A stretch of DNA of 64,000 bases from an uncultured Candidatus Entotheonella sp. (GCA_965215335.1 CBDCDA010000002.1:736001-800000), one strand, 5' to 3'; positions 8,438 to 19,013 are shown, counted from the stretch's first letter. Numbers and translations are program-made. The notes: generated by a model from the letters alone, not told the origin.

Positions 8438-8713
8438 TCACAGGCGCCGCCTGAAAGCCGGCGTCGGCCTGAAACCGACGGTCTTGCCGGCTTCGATGGC
8501 GATCACGGCGCCCGTGCGCGGGTTGCGGCCCTTGCGCGCCGAGCGCTCCCTGACCGTAAACGTGCCGAAGCGCGGCCAGAAAAAGCGTCTCTCGTCCCGG
8601 ATCGTCTTGCCGATCACCTCGAACATGCAGTCGAGCAGGACACCGGCATCCTGCCTGCCCAGCTTCACGCCCGCAGACTCGACGACCTGTTCAACCAGCT
8701 CCTTGCGGGTCAT
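8438..8713 (-). CDS. HU/IHF-family DNA-binding protein
   Basis: MTRKELV...FGTFTVRERSARKGRNPRTGAVIAI...FRP. Confidence 0.93.
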   Translation of the reverse strand: MTRKELVEQVVESAGVKLGRQDAGVLLDCMFEVIGKTIRDERRFFWPRFGTFTVRERSARKGRNPRTGAVIAIEAGKTVGFRPTPAFRRRL

Positions 8714-8743
8714 GCGGCCTCCTTTCCGACGTCACGCCGCGCC

Positions 8744-9610
8744 TCATCCACCGCCACCCCAGCCCGCGGTGGAGACGTTGAAACAGCGGTTGTTCTTCCT
8801 CAGCCCCTCCAGGGCGTAGGCGCAAGCCTGCAGCGGTATCGGCAAGGTGCACCGCTTGCGCTTCCAGATCACCCACCTGTAGGCGCCGTCCGCCGACGCC
8901 TGCTCGAAGACGCCCCGCAGGTCCACCCCGGCGTTGTGGCAGCCGCGCCGCGACGGGCTTTCCAGGTTCATGCACGGCAGCGGACCCACCAGCGGCGGCA
9001 AGGCGTTGGGAAGGATCGGCGCGCGCAGGTCGCGCAGATTGCCCGCCTCCGGCCACAGGTCGAAGGGATACCGCGCGATGTTGAAGGCGCGCGTCGCCGC
9101 CAGGCCCGACGCCGACAGCGGCGACGGGTGCGTCACGTAGCCGACCCGCGGGTAGGCGCGGCCCCACCACCCCACCCGCATCACGTCGATCGCCGCCGGC
9201 ATCGCCGACGTGCTCTGCGCCGCATGCCAGTCGCCGTCGTCCCGGGAGTCGTAGAAGTGCGTCACGATGGCGTTCAGCGTCGGCACCGCGCAACTCCGGC
9301 ACGGGTCGTTGAACGCGAATCCCTGCGTTACCGGCTCCACCCGGGCGTCGTGAAAATGAAAATGCCGCCCGCCCAGGTTGGCGTACCCCGCCCGCGTCTC
9401 GACCACCCACTTGGGCTGCCAGAAGCTCAGGTCGGCGCACGGGTACGGAACCGGCAACCCCAAGGCGTCGGTCCCCCAGCAGATCCGCTCGACGATCCGC
9501 ATGCCGATGCAGGCCCGGTTCACGTCGGCGCCGATCACCAGCTGCGCCCTCGAAACGCCGGCCCCCGCCACGAGCGCCAGGACCGCCGCCAGGACACCGG
9601 CACGTTTCAT
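8744..9610 (-). CDS. traU: TraU-like conjugal transfer protein
   Basis: Signal peptide, Cys-rich, WGRAYPRVGY and YRWVIWKR motifs. Confidence 0.75.
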   Translation of the reverse strand: MKRAGVLAAVLALVAGAGVSRAQLVIGADVNRACIGMRIVERICWGTDALGLPVPYPCADLSFWQPKWVVETRAGYANLGGRHFHFHDARVEPVTQGFAFNDPCRSCAVPTLNAIVTHFYDSRDDGDWHAAQSTSAMPAAIDVMRVGWWGRAYPRVGYVTHPSPLSASGLAATRAFNIARYPFDLWPEAGNLRDLRAPILPNALPPLVGPLPCMNLESPSRRGCHNAGVDLRGVFEQASADGAYRWVIWKRKRCTLPIPLQACAYALEGLRKNNRCFNVSTAGWGGGG

Positions 9611-9622
9611 CTCCCCGCCTCC

Positions 9623-11170
9623 TCACTGCCCGCGCCATATCCCGCCGATCGCCCGCCAGGTGCCGAACATCACCACCGCCTGGAGCACCGGAACCAGCAG
9701 GATCGACAGCACCCCGACCACCACGCCGGCCGACCAGCCACGAAAGACCTCCCCGGCCGAAGCGAAGATCGCCCCCGCCGCGTGCGGCTGACCGATCCCC
9801 GCCGCCATGCTGCTCACCGCATCCGCGATCCCCCACCACAACGGCGTCGAGTGCACGAAGAACAGCATCAGCACGTAGTTCACCAGCGGCCGCACGTGCT
9901 GGCCCGGAAACAGCGACCACAGCACCACGAACGGGAAGAAGGCCAGCACCACCGCCGACAGCAGCCCGGTGACGTACGGCATCCACCAGATCAGGAACAC
10001 CGCCGGGCGCAGGAAGCCCATCGCCCCCGTCAGCGCCTGCTCCACCGGCTCCGCCGCCGCGCCCGTCACCGCGCCCCACAGCCGGCCGAGCCATCCCCCG
10101 CCCTGCCGCGCCCCTTGCAACGCCCCCTTCGCCGCCGTCGCCGCCACATACGCGGCCGTCAGGTCCGGCGGCTGCACGAGACGCTCCATCTCCTTGTGCA
10201 ATTCCTGGTTGATCACGAAGCGCACCGCGTCCTGCCGCGGAATCCCCAACTCATCCTCGTAGACTATGAGCTTCCTGTTGCCGCGCCCCGTCTCCCTCCT
10301 GCGCAGGTCCCTCCCTACCGCTCTCCGCAAGGCACCGTAAATCTCGCGGCACGTCACCACCCCCGACAACCCCAACAGCTCGTCGGACACCCCGCCCGCA
10401 GGACCCAGCCGCACCCGCCTCGCCAGGTACGGCCTCATCTCCGGACTCCACGGCAGGCGATCCTGCCACGTCACGCTGGTCGACCCGGTCGCGTCGTTCG
10501 CCATGTCGGCCACCGCGTCCTTGTAGCACTGGTCCGTGAACTCGGTCAGCGCGTACCTCGACGCATCACTCGTCAGCGGCTGCGTCAGCAACGCCGACAG
10601 CGCCCCCAGGTGCGAAAGCGGCCGGTCCAGCTCGCCAGGATCTTCGCCCCTGATCGCCAGGCCCAGTTCCAGCGGCGCCTCCGTGGCCACCTGCAGCAGC
10701 AGGTCCAGCGCCCGCGGCACCGGCGCGCCCGCGGGCGGGATCTCATTCAGCCCGTGCAGCTGCATCGTCGTTGCATCGTCGTCCGGCTCGCTGTTCCGCC
10801 CCGCCACGTACGAGGACACCGACGCCTCGTCCACCAGCACCACCAGCCGCGACAACACCCCCACGCCGCCGAAAAAGCGATACGACGCCTCCGGCCAGAA
10901 CAGCACCAGGATCAGGCCGCAATGGAGCAGGTACACCCATACGCTCGACAACGGCTGCGGCACCGCCGCGTACGTCCGCCGGTACAGCAGCCAGATCACG
11001 CAGCACGTCATGATGGCGTAAGGCAGCAACCGGAAGTCAGACGCCCGGATGATCGCCTGCGCCCCCAGGCCCCAGTACAGGAAGCCGCTCTCCACGTGGC
11101 TGTACGTCTGGTACCCCTGCCCCCACGCCACCGTGGGCAGCATCAGAAGGAGCGCGAGCCGCAATACCAT
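9623..11170 (-). CDS. traG: TraG N-terminal-domain (VirB6-like) membrane protein
   Basis: EFTDQCY periplasmic motif, multiple C-terminal TMs (MPYVTGLL...FFPFVV), tra context. Confidence 0.7.
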   Translation of the reverse strand: MVLRLALLLMLPTVAWGQGYQTYSHVESGFLYWGLGAQAIIRASDFRLLPYAIMTCCVIWLLYRRTYAAVPQPLSSVWVYLLHCGLILVLFWPEASYRFFGGVGVLSRLVVLVDEASVSSYVAGRNSEPDDDATTMQLHGLNEIPPAGAPVPRALDLLLQVATEAPLELGLAIRGEDPGELDRPLSHLGALSALLTQPLTSDASRYALTEFTDQCYKDAVADMANDATGSTSVTWQDRLPWSPEMRPYLARRVRLGPAGGVSDELLGLSGVVTCREIYGALRRAVGRDLRRRETGRGNRKLIVYEDELGIPRQDAVRFVINQELHKEMERLVQPPDLTAAYVAATAAKGALQGARQGGGWLGRLWGAVTGAAAEPVEQALTGAMGFLRPAVFLIWWMPYVTGLLSAVVLAFFPFVVLWSLFPGQHVRPLVNYVLMLFFVHSTPLWWGIADAVSSMAAGIGQPHAAGAIFASAGEVFRGWSAGVVVGVLSILLVPVLQAVVMFGTWRAIGGIWRGQ

Positions 11171-11172
11171 CG

Positions 11173-12537
11173 TCACGGTACCTCGCTGTAGCTGTAGCCG
11201 AGCGGGTTCTGCATCCCCCACCGGTTGCCGCTCGTGCTCGTGTCCGCCGGCGACCGCATCCCGCGCCGCGCCGCCGCCCGCTGCTGCGACTCGTGATCCC
11301 GCATGACGCTCCGCATCACCGGCAACACGTGCTTCTCCGCCAGTTCCTTCTCCCGCACCAGCCGCCGCATCTCGCGCCGCAGGCGCTCCTGCCGCTGCAC
11401 GATCACCTGCCGCTCGGCCTCGCCCAGCTCCGTGTTGGTCAGCATGCCCTCGTCCAGGCGGTCCTGCAGTTCGGAAACCTTCCAGTTGAGCTTCACCAGG
11501 GCGAGATTGCTCGCCAGCTTGTCGCGATAGGCTTCGTAGGCGAGGCCGTCCACCTCCTTCAGGCCGGCCAGCGAGACCAGCACGCCCCCCGGCATCGGCG
11601 CCCCCGGCAGCGACAACTCGCGCACCCGCGCCGCGGTCGGCCTGCCGCCACCCTCGATCGTCCTCACCACCGCGTCCAGCTTGCCGCCCAGGTCCGTCTT
11701 GTCTTCTTCGAACACGTCGTGCAACCGCTTCTGCGGCCGCCTCACCGTCGTCCGCAGCGGCTCGTCGTTCGACGTCCCCTGCTCCACCCGCACGTCCCCG
11801 ATCACCTGCGCGGCGAGGTCCTTGATCTCCGTGGCGGTATTGGCGCGATCCAGGGAACCGCCGATCAGCTCCACCGACGACCGCCGCGCCCCGTCGGCCG
11901 GATCGACGATGCCGCCCGCCGCCGCCCCGGCGCACGCTTCCTGTGCCTCCGCCAGCGTCGTCGTCACCGCGCCGCCGGTCCCCGGGCGCCGCTGGTCGTC
12001 GATGCAGCGCTGCAGCCGCGTCGAGCGCAACTTGCTCGCCAGGCCGCCCAGCAGGTTGTTTCCCATCTCCCGGACCGCCACCGCTCCCTGCTGGCTCAGC
12101 ATCGCCAGGCCCTGCTGGTGCTTCGTGACGTCGCACAGCGTCGGACCGGCATAGCACGCCGTCACCATCGGCAGGTTGGAAATCCCCGTATTCAGCAAGT
12201 CGCTCACCGCCCCCTGCAAGCCCGATACCAGGCTGCCCACCGCCGCGTTCGGGTCGAGAAGCCTCGTCAGGTCGCGCACCAGACCCTCGCCGATCCCCAG
12301 ACTCCCCAGCATCGTGCCGACGTCCAGCGCCGGCAGCGGGCTGACCGCCCCGGCCACCGGATAGCCGACCCCGAAACCGCCGCGCAGCAAGACCCCGGAA
12401 CGGTCGAAGCCGGCATCGACCAGGGCCTGGTTCGTCAGGTCCCGAAGCGCCCGCTCGAACAGGTCCTGCGCCGCCGCAGCCGACGACCCGAACAGCGTCG
12501 CCACGACCAGAATCCAGACCGTCACCTTCTTTCGCAT
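11173..12537 (-). CDS. Secreted TraH-like / ICE conjugation protein
   Basis: Signal peptide, Cys pairs, C-terminal coiled coil, immediately upstream of traG. Confidence 0.5.
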   Translation of the reverse strand: MRKKVTVWILVVATLFGSSAAAAQDLFERALRDLTNQALVDAGFDRSGVLLRGGFGVGYPVAGAVSPLPALDVGTMLGSLGIGEGLVRDLTRLLDPNAAVGSLVSGLQGAVSDLLNTGISNLPMVTACYAGPTLCDVTKHQQGLAMLSQQGAVAVREMGNNLLGGLASKLRSTRLQRCIDDQRRPGTGGAVTTTLAEAQEACAGAAAGGIVDPADGARRSSVELIGGSLDRANTATEIKDLAAQVIGDVRVEQGTSNDEPLRTTVRRPQKRLHDVFEEDKTDLGGKLDAVVRTIEGGGRPTAARVRELSLPGAPMPGGVLVSLAGLKEVDGLAYEAYRDKLASNLALVKLNWKVSELQDRLDEGMLTNTELGEAERQVIVQRQERLRREMRRLVREKELAEKHVLPVMRSVMRDHESQQRAAARRGMRSPADTSTSGNRWGMQNPLGYSYSEVP

Positions 12538-12551
12538 CGCTCGCCCCTTTC

Positions 12552-13040
12552 TCAACTCACCCGCGGCCGGCCGCGCGTCAGCAGGTAACCGGCTCCGCCC
12601 AGGCCCGCCGACAGCGCGCACGCCACCCCCACGAAGGGCATCACCACCGGCGCCACCGCATACGCCAGCAACCCCAGCACGGACGCCGCCAGCACGACGC
12701 GCCCCAGGGTGAACAGCCCGAGGCCGAAGCCCGCCAGCCGCGTCGCCTCGCGCCGCCGACTCCCTTCGACCATGCCCAGCGCCGCGCACAGCAGAAACAG
12801 CCGCGCCATGCCTGCCAGCTGGACCCCGCGGTGACGCGCCAGCCACCACGCCTGCCTGGAAACGCCGTCGCGCGGAATCCGACCCGCCAGCTGCGCCCCC
12901 TCGGCGCGCGCAATCGTCGCCAGAACGTGCAACCGCCGCGCCTCCTCGAGATGCAACCACCAGTAGCCCAGGCCGCCCGCCAGCACCAGGGCGACCACGA
13001 TCAGCGGCGCCAGTTGCTGCGGATCGTTACGAACCGCCAT
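12552..13040 (-). CDS. Conjugation-associated membrane protein (DUF4400-like)
   Basis: Four hydrophobic segments, LGMVEGSRRRE motif, tra context. Confidence 0.45.
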   Translation of the reverse strand: MAVRNDPQQLAPLIVVALVLAGGLGYWWLHLEEARRLHVLATIARAEGAQLAGRIPRDGVSRQAWWLARHRGVQLAGMARLFLLCAALGMVEGSRRREATRLAGFGLGLFTLGRVVLAASVLGLLAYAVAPVVMPFVGVACALSAGLGGAGYLLTRGRPRVS

Positions 13041-14097
13041 CGCCGCCGCCTCGCTTTCCGAACAGCCGCCGAAGCCAGCCGCGCCGCTCTTCGACGGGCG
13101 CCACCGCCGGCTCCGCCACCACCGGCTCCGCTGCCGCCGGCTCCAGGACCCAGTGGCCCGGCCGCATGATCACGTAGGTGTCGTGCGCCGGAATGTAGAC
13201 GCCGCCCTGGATGCGGTCCGGCACCGCCTGTTTCACCACCAGGGGAACGCGGTAGCCCAGCGACCCGCGCGCCACCGGAACATCGCCGCGCGGCGCCGGA
13301 ACGCTCATCCGGACCGGCAGCAGCCGTCCCTCCGAAGGCGCCGGACCGGCCGCCTCCGAAAGGGGTGGCGGTATCGACGCCTCCGCCCGTGGCGCCCCGG
13401 ACCGGAGCAGCAGCCCTGCGGACGCCGCGTCCAGATAACCCGTCGGCGACTCGCCCCGCGACGCCTGCCAGCGGCCGATCGCGCCCCGCGTTCGATCACC
13501 GAACAGGCCGTCCGCCGGACCCGGATCGAACCCCTGCGCCGCCAGCCCCGACTGGATCAGGCGACGGTCGCGGCGCGCCAGGAACAGCCCGGCTTCCACG
13601 CGCTCCGCAGTCGGATCTGCGGAAACGGCCTCGACGGCGGGAGAAGACACCGGCGGTTCTTCGGCCTGCGCCGCGACTCCTTCATGCCTGTCCGCCTCCG
13701 GTCGCGCCGCCCCCGGCTCCGCAACCGCCGGTTCTTCGACCGCCCCGGGCGCCGGCGCCTCGACGGCGGCCTGCGACTCGACCGGCTCGACCGGCGCGGC
13801 AGCACCGGAGGCCGGCTCTTCGACCACCGGCGAAGGGATCGGACTGGCAACAGGAGGCGGCGCTTCAACGGTCGCTGCCGCCGACGGGTCCCGCGCCTCC
13901 ACCGGCTCGAATACCGGAACCGGCGCCGCATCACCCGGTAACGCCGCCTCGCCGACCGCCGCCTCGTCGCACGGCTCCTCGCATGCGTCCGGCGCGCCGG
14001 GCGACACCGGCGCCGCCCGGAACAGGAACACCGCGCCCGCGACCGCCAGCGACAATCCGAGAAACGCCCACACCTTCCAGCCCTCCGGTCGCTTCAC
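13027..14097 (-). CDS. Membrane-anchored peptidoglycan-binding protein with TraV-like C-terminus
   Basis: N-terminal TM, Pro/Ala/Glu linker, PG_binding_1 motif IQSGLAAQGFDPGPADGLFGDRTRGAI...TG. Confidence 0.8.
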   Translation of the reverse strand: MKRPEGWKVWAFLGLSLAVAGAVFLFRAAPVSPGAPDACEEPCDEAAVGEAALPGDAAPVPVFEPVEARDPSAAATVEAPPPVASPIPSPVVEEPASGAAAPVEPVESQAAVEAPAPGAVEEPAVAEPGAARPEADRHEGVAAQAEEPPVSSPAVEAVSADPTAERVEAGLFLARRDRRLIQSGLAAQGFDPGPADGLFGDRTRGAIGRWQASRGESPTGYLDAASAGLLLRSGAPRAEASIPPPLSEAAGPAPSEGRLLPVRMSVPAPRGDVPVARGSLGYRVPLVVKQAVPDRIQGGVYIPAHDTYVIMRPGHWVLEPAAAEPVVAEPAVAPVEERRGWLRRLFGKRGGGDGGS

Positions 14098-16700
14098 GGC
14101 TTCACCCCGCGCGGCAGGCCCGACGGGTACTTCCACGCCAGCTCGGCCACCGCCTTGGCCAGGTTGTCGTAGTCGTCCCGCAACTGCTCACGCGCCGCCT
14201 TCTCCTCCGGGTTCTGACTCGACAGCCAGCGCGAAAACGGGTCCGGCACCAGCCGGATCACTCCCCCCCTGCCCTCCGGCTGCCACAGGTAAGCCTCGCC
14301 CCAGGCGTCGCGCCGGCGCACCAGGTGCAACAGCCGAACGTCCTGCTCCGTCAGCTCGAACAGCCCCTTCACCGTACCGATCTCCTCCGGGTTCTGTTGC
14401 AGGAACAGGTAGTTGCCGGCGTTGTTCTTGATCGCCTGCGACGCCGCCGAGTGAAAGTCGGAAAGCTGCTGGCTGATGAAGATGGCGCAGCACCGGAAGC
14501 GAGCCAGCGCCCGCGCCGCCTCCTCCAGAAAGGCCGCCGCGCTGGCGTGCCTGAGCAACGCCCACACCTCGTCGAGTATCAGGTACTTGCGCTGCCGGCG
14601 CGCCCCAGGCTCGGTGATGAACTGCATCAGGCGGTACATCAGCGTCAGCAGCAGTACCGATTGCAGGTCCGTAGCCTTCTCCAGCTTCGCCAGCTCGAAG
14701 ATGCTCAGGGCGCTGCTCATGCGCAGCTCGTTCTTGCCGTCCACGAAGCCGCTGTACTCGCCGCGCCCGACGTACTGCGAAATCCGCAGCGCAATCGACC
14801 CGGCACGACCCTGGTCGTCGAAGGTCGGGTTCATCAGCAACTCGTGGAAGTCCCGCAGCAGCGGCTCTTCCCCAGGTCGCTCTTTCTCGTGCCACTCCGC
14901 GAATACCGACAACGCCCGCGAACACACCGCCTTCTCGATCTGGCCCAGGCCCGCCGCGTCCTGACCCGAAGTCCCCGACGCCATCTGGTCGATCAGCGCC
15001 AGCAGGAACGTCCGGTGACCCGCCTTCAGGTCGCCGGCGAACGGGTTGAAGCAGATCGGCGCGTCCAGGTCCACGTCGACGTACTCGCCGCCGTACACCT
15101 CGCACGTCGTGTCGTAGCTCGCCCAGCGGTCCAGGATGACCACCGAGGCATCGAGCGGCAGCACCTGCTGGATCAGATGGTTCACCAGGAACGACTTGCC
15201 CGAGCGCGACTTGCCGATGATCAGGGTGTGCGGCGCCGTCGGCGCGTCGAACAGGTCGCAGGTCACCGCCTCGCCGCGCCGGTTGACGTAGAGCTGCGCC
15301 GCCGTCCGCGTGCCGGTGAAATCCCCGTACAAGGGCAGCAGGTGCGCCGCCGACAGCGACGACAGGCGACGCGAACGACGCAGCATCTGGTCCTTGGGAA
15401 ACTCCAGGTCGACGCCGAGCGGCAGGCTGTGCAAGAACAGGGTGGGACCCAGCACCGTCTCCGGCAGCAGGTCCAGGTCCAGGCGCCGGCCCGCCTGCGT
15501 CGCCGCCGCCAGGGCCGAAGTCGGCGACTTGCCTCCGCGCTGCCACAAGGCGACGTGCACCCGCGTCTGCAGGATGTGCTGCGCCGTGTTCTGCAGCATG
15601 GCGTCGAGATCGTCGCGCAAACGCACCTTTTCGGGGTCCTCGCCGCCCAGCAGGGTGTTTCGCTGCAGGTAGGCGAAGTTGCGCTTCTGCCGCAGGCGGC
15701 TGCGCTCGTCACGCTGGTCCGGCACCCCCACCTGCGTCACCAGCGTCAACGGCATCTCCGGCAACACCTCCCACAACGCCAGAGGCTCCGTGTCCGGCGG
15801 CGCGTGCAGACTCGACAGCATCCCCGCAAAGGTGCGCGCCGGAGCCTCCTGAAGCGACATCATGTGCACCTGCCAGGCATCGCCCGTCTCCGGCTCCGGG
15901 CCGAAGCGCCAGCCGCCGTCGCGGTTTTCCGCCGCCGTCGCCAGCACCTGACGACGCATCGGCAACGCCGGGTTGTAGCACCGGTAGTCCCGCTTGAACG
16001 GCTGCAGCAGGCGACACACCTCGCGGTGGATGCCCGCGCAGTCGAGACGCCGCCAGCCGAGATCGGCCATGCCGAACACCGTCTCGCACAGCTCCCGCAG
16101 GTCGCCGAACGCCTCGACGTACGCCCGCAACTCGACCTCCAGCTCGGCGTTGACCTGCTGCATCAGCTTCGCCTCCGAACGCAGCAGGGAAAGCACCCGG
16201 TCGCGCGTCCCCGAAGCCGCCACCGGCGTCGTCATGCGCACCCCCACCAGGGTGGTCGCCTCCTTGAGCCGGTACTGCCGCGTGCCGTCTACGTGCGCCA
16301 GGCCCTCGCGGATGGCGGCCTCCTGGAAGGCGTCGAGGTGATCGTGGGTCGCCGCCGCGGAGCTGCCCGCCCGGAACTCGCTCCACGCCTCCACCCGGTC
16401 GCTCGGACACAGGTGCAGGATCGCCTGCACCGTCACCCCCGACTGCATGCTCTTGAACAGGATCTCCAGGACCCGCGCCATCTGCTCCACCGCCGCGTCG
16501 GTGAGCGCCCCGACGTTGCGCGGCTCCACCCGCCACAGGCTGCCGAAGGCCAGGGCGCGCGGCGCCTGCGGGTGCTGCAGCACCACGATGCCGTCCGCCG
16601 GGTCGCCGAACGCCGGACCGTGCGGCAGGTGCAACGAGAAATCCGCGTCGTCCGCCATCGAAAGCCCCATCCGCCTATTCTCCTCGCTCGTCTTGCTCAT
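14094..16700 (-). CDS. traC: TraC (VirB4-family) ATPase
   Basis: 868 aa, Walker A GKSRSGKS, CFNPF, LILDEVW, ISQQLSDF. Confidence 0.93.
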   Translation of the reverse strand: MSKTSEENRRMGLSMADDADFSLHLPHGPAFGDPADGIVVLQHPQAPRALAFGSLWRVEPRNVGALTDAAVEQMARVLEILFKSMQSGVTVQAILHLCPSDRVEAWSEFRAGSSAAATHDHLDAFQEAAIREGLAHVDGTRQYRLKEATTLVGVRMTTPVAASGTRDRVLSLLRSEAKLMQQVNAELEVELRAYVEAFGDLRELCETVFGMADLGWRRLDCAGIHREVCRLLQPFKRDYRCYNPALPMRRQVLATAAENRDGGWRFGPEPETGDAWQVHMMSLQEAPARTFAGMLSSLHAPPDTEPLALWEVLPEMPLTLVTQVGVPDQRDERSRLRQKRNFAYLQRNTLLGGEDPEKVRLRDDLDAMLQNTAQHILQTRVHVALWQRGGKSPTSALAAATQAGRRLDLDLLPETVLGPTLFLHSLPLGVDLEFPKDQMLRRSRRLSSLSAAHLLPLYGDFTGTRTAAQLYVNRRGEAVTCDLFDAPTAPHTLIIGKSRSGKSFLVNHLIQQVLPLDASVVILDRWASYDTTCEVYGGEYVDVDLDAPICFNPFAGDLKAGHRTFLLALIDQMASGTSGQDAAGLGQIEKAVCSRALSVFAEWHEKERPGEEPLLRDFHELLMNPTFDDQGRAGSIALRISQYVGRGEYSGFVDGKNELRMSSALSIFELAKLEKATDLQSVLLLTLMYRLMQFITEPGARRQRKYLILDEVWALLRHASAAAFLEEAARALARFRCCAIFISQQLSDFHSAASQAIKNNAGNYLFLQQNPEEIGTVKGLFELTEQDVRLLHLVRRRDAWGEAYLWQPEGRGGVIRLVPDPFSRWLSSQNPEEKAAREQLRDDYDNLAKAVAELAWKYPSGLPRGVKP

Positions 16701-17109
16701 CTTCCGGCGCCATCTTCTGCAACTGCTGCGGCGTGATCACCAGCGACGGACCCGGCAGGCGCAGGTTCAACTGCCGCTGCTGACGACCCTCCCCCGGATC
16801 CTCCAGGAACCACCGCGAACCCTCCAGCATCAGGTACACCCAGTGACCCGACACCAGGTCGCCGGCGTCGTTGAGGTACGCCGGGATCCACACCCGCTGC
16901 ACGCGCGGCGGCTCGACCAGCGGCACGTACGGAACCTCCGGCCCCAGCGCCGGTGGCGCCGCCTCCACCTCCGGCGCCGGACGCTCGCTGCGACTCCCCA
17001 TCTCCGCATGCAGGTCGACCGGCTTGCCCGTCAGCGGCTTCGGCGCGCAGCCGCAAAGAACGACGACCCCCAGCAGCACGCCCCCCAGGACACGACGCCC
17101 GACCACCAC
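16675..17109 (-). CDS. traV: TraV lipoprotein
   Basis: Lipobox LCGC; VQRVWIPAYLNDAGDLVSGHWVY. Confidence 0.85.
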   Translation of the reverse strand: MVVGRRVLGGVLLGVVVLCGCAPKPLTGKPVDLHAEMGSRSERPAPEVEAAPPALGPEVPYVPLVEPPRVQRVWIPAYLNDAGDLVSGHWVYLMLEGSRWFLEDPGEGRQQRQLNLRLPGPSLVITPQQLQKMAPEDEQDERGE

Positions 17110-17116
17110 CGGCCTC

Positions 17117-18262
17117 CTAATCCAGGCCCGCCGAAGCCCACGGCGCGTGCTCCATCTCCGGCAGACCCTCGATCGTCACCCCCTCCAGCATCACCACGTA
17201 GACCGGCGTCAGCGTCTCCACCCACACCACCGGCAGGATTTCTTCGGCGCGCTCCAGGAAGAACGCCTCCAGACGCTCCGCCGTCGCCAGCGACCGGTCG
17301 CCCACCACGTAGGCCGCACCCAGCGCCTCGTTGATCTGCACGCTGCCGTAGATGCCGCTCGACACGATCCCCATCGCCGCCACCAGGTTCGCCAGCCACG
17401 CGCCGCTGCGGTGCTGCCACTTGCCCGGAATGCCCAGCGTGCCGTCTTCGCCCGTGAAGTAGCCGCGCACCTCGCGCTCGAACGACGTGCCGTCCGGCAG
17501 CACGCACGACAGCGTCACCGCCTCCACCCGGGCGCGAATCGTCAGCATGTCCGCCGTCGCCTTGCCGATCATCAGGCAACCCTCCAGCGGCACCTCGTAG
17601 TCGTTCGGCGCGACGTACGCCGTCCTCAACTGCGCCAGCACCGGCAGGCCGTCGCCCCGTACCTTGGTGGCGAAGGCGCCCGTCATGATCGACCCGGCCA
17701 CCACGCTGCCCGCCGGCAGCCGCACCCACCGACCCGACGCCGCCGGCGCCGCCGGCCGCCCGTCGGCCTGCCCGCCGGGCGCCCCCACCGCAGACCCGGA
17801 GGCGCCGCCCGGACGCAGCACCCGCAGGCGCGACGGCGCCGCAACCGGTACCACCACCTCGGGCTGCCGCTGCGCCAGGACCTCGACGGCCTCCGCCAGG
17901 CCGCTCTCGATGGCCTCGTCGAGACGTTGCCGCAAGGTCCGGTCCTGCGCGTCGAGCCGCTCTTTCTGCAACTGCACCGCGCGCCGGTTCCGGGACGCCT
18001 CGACCCGCAGGTCCTCCAGCGACGCCCGCAACAACTCCTGCGTCACCTGCATCTCCGACAACGCCTTCGCCGTCGTCACGTCGCCGGGCAGCGCCTCGCC
18101 GCCGAACAGGTCGTCCTCGACCTCCGGCGGCTCCACCGGCCCCTGCCGGCCGCCCGGCGTCAACAGGAAGAACAGCAGCACCAGCAACAGGCCGCCCAAC
18201 CCCAGCGCCACCCCCTTGTTGCCTTTCGCCCAGGCGACCATCCCCTGCAACCAGTTCGGCAT
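17117..18262 (-). CDS. traB: TraB (VirB10-like)
   Basis: N-terminal TM, coiled coil, LPAGS...GC.MIG.A...LSC...GEDG..GIPG. Confidence 0.9.
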   Translation of the reverse strand: MPNWLQGMVAWAKGNKGVALGLGGLLLVLLFFLLTPGGRQGPVEPPEVEDDLFGGEALPGDVTTAKALSEMQVTQELLRASLEDLRVEASRNRRAVQLQKERLDAQDRTLRQRLDEAIESGLAEAVEVLAQRQPEVVVPVAAPSRLRVLRPGGASGSAVGAPGGQADGRPAAPAASGRWVRLPAGSVVAGSIMTGAFATKVRGDGLPVLAQLRTAYVAPNDYEVPLEGCLMIGKATADMLTIRARVEAVTLSCVLPDGTSFEREVRGYFTGEDGTLGIPGKWQHRSGAWLANLVAAMGIVSSGIYGSVQINEALGAAYVVGDRSLATAERLEAFFLERAEEILPVVWVETLTPVYVVMLEGVTIEGLPEMEHAPWASAGLD

Positions 18263-18275
18263 GCCGCGCTACCCT

Positions 18276-19013
18276 CTACCGCTCGCGCCCCGGCTCGATG
18301 ATCAGGTACACCCGCGTCGTGCCCCGCGCCGGGATGATCTCCCGCCGCGCCGTGATCGCCCGCAGGCCGCGCGCCCGGTACTCCGGCAGGCGCAGCGCCA
18401 GCGGCGTCGTCCCCCGGTTCGAAGCCACCGCCACGTACCCCAGATACCTCCCCGCCACGTACAGCTGCTCCGTGGCTATCTCCAGGTCGCCGTGCGCGTA
18501 CAGGATCTGCGCGTGATCGAACACCGACACCCCCGGCAGCCGGCCGCCGTCGAACATCGCCGCCAGCAGCCGACGCGACGGGCTGCCCGACTGCCGGGAA
18601 CCCGCGCGACGTCCACCCGACTCGTCGGCTCCCGGCGACTCCTCGACCCCGAACACCGGCGGCGCCACCGGCACCACCACGTCTACCTGGTCGTCCGCCT
18701 CGCCCGACCGCTCGAGCAACTGCAACTGGTACATCCGACCGCTGCCGCCGATCACGAACAGGCGCGCGTCGAGATCCTCCGTGAGCGACTGGATGAACAG
18801 CCGACGACCCTCGATCTCCAGCGACAGCTCGGCGGGATCGACGCCGTTGGGAATCGCCGCGATGCGCTCCGGCAACTGCACCGCCAGCGGCACCCCCTGC
18901 CGCACGTAGATCTCGATCGCGTCGCGCGAAGCCGGCACCACCCGAATGCCGGCCGCCACGTCCGCAGCCCAGCCCAGACCCAACGCCAGCAACAGGAACA
19001 GCGCACGCCCCAT
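18276..19013 (-). CDS. traK: TraK-like (VirB9) protein
   Basis: Signal peptide, beta-rich, ends TTRVYLI; position between traE and traB. Confidence 0.7.
   Translation of the reverse strand: MGRALFLLLALGLGWAADVAAGIRVVPASRDAIEIYVRQGVPLAVQLPERIAAIPNGVDPAELSLEIEGRRLFIQSLTEDLDARLFVIGGSGRMYQLQLLERSGEADDQVDVVVPVAPPVFGVEESPGADESGGRRAGSRQSGSPSRRLLAAMFDGGRLPGVSVFDHAQILYAHGDLEIATEQLYVAGRYLGYVAVASNRGTTPLALRLPEYRARGLRAITARREIIPARGTTRVYLIIEPGRER

Noticed and set aside
7202..16736. Very long plus-strand ORFs (1329 aa, 1123 aa and others)
   Set aside because: Antisense shadows of GC-rich tra genes; Arg/Pro/His-rich with no motifs.
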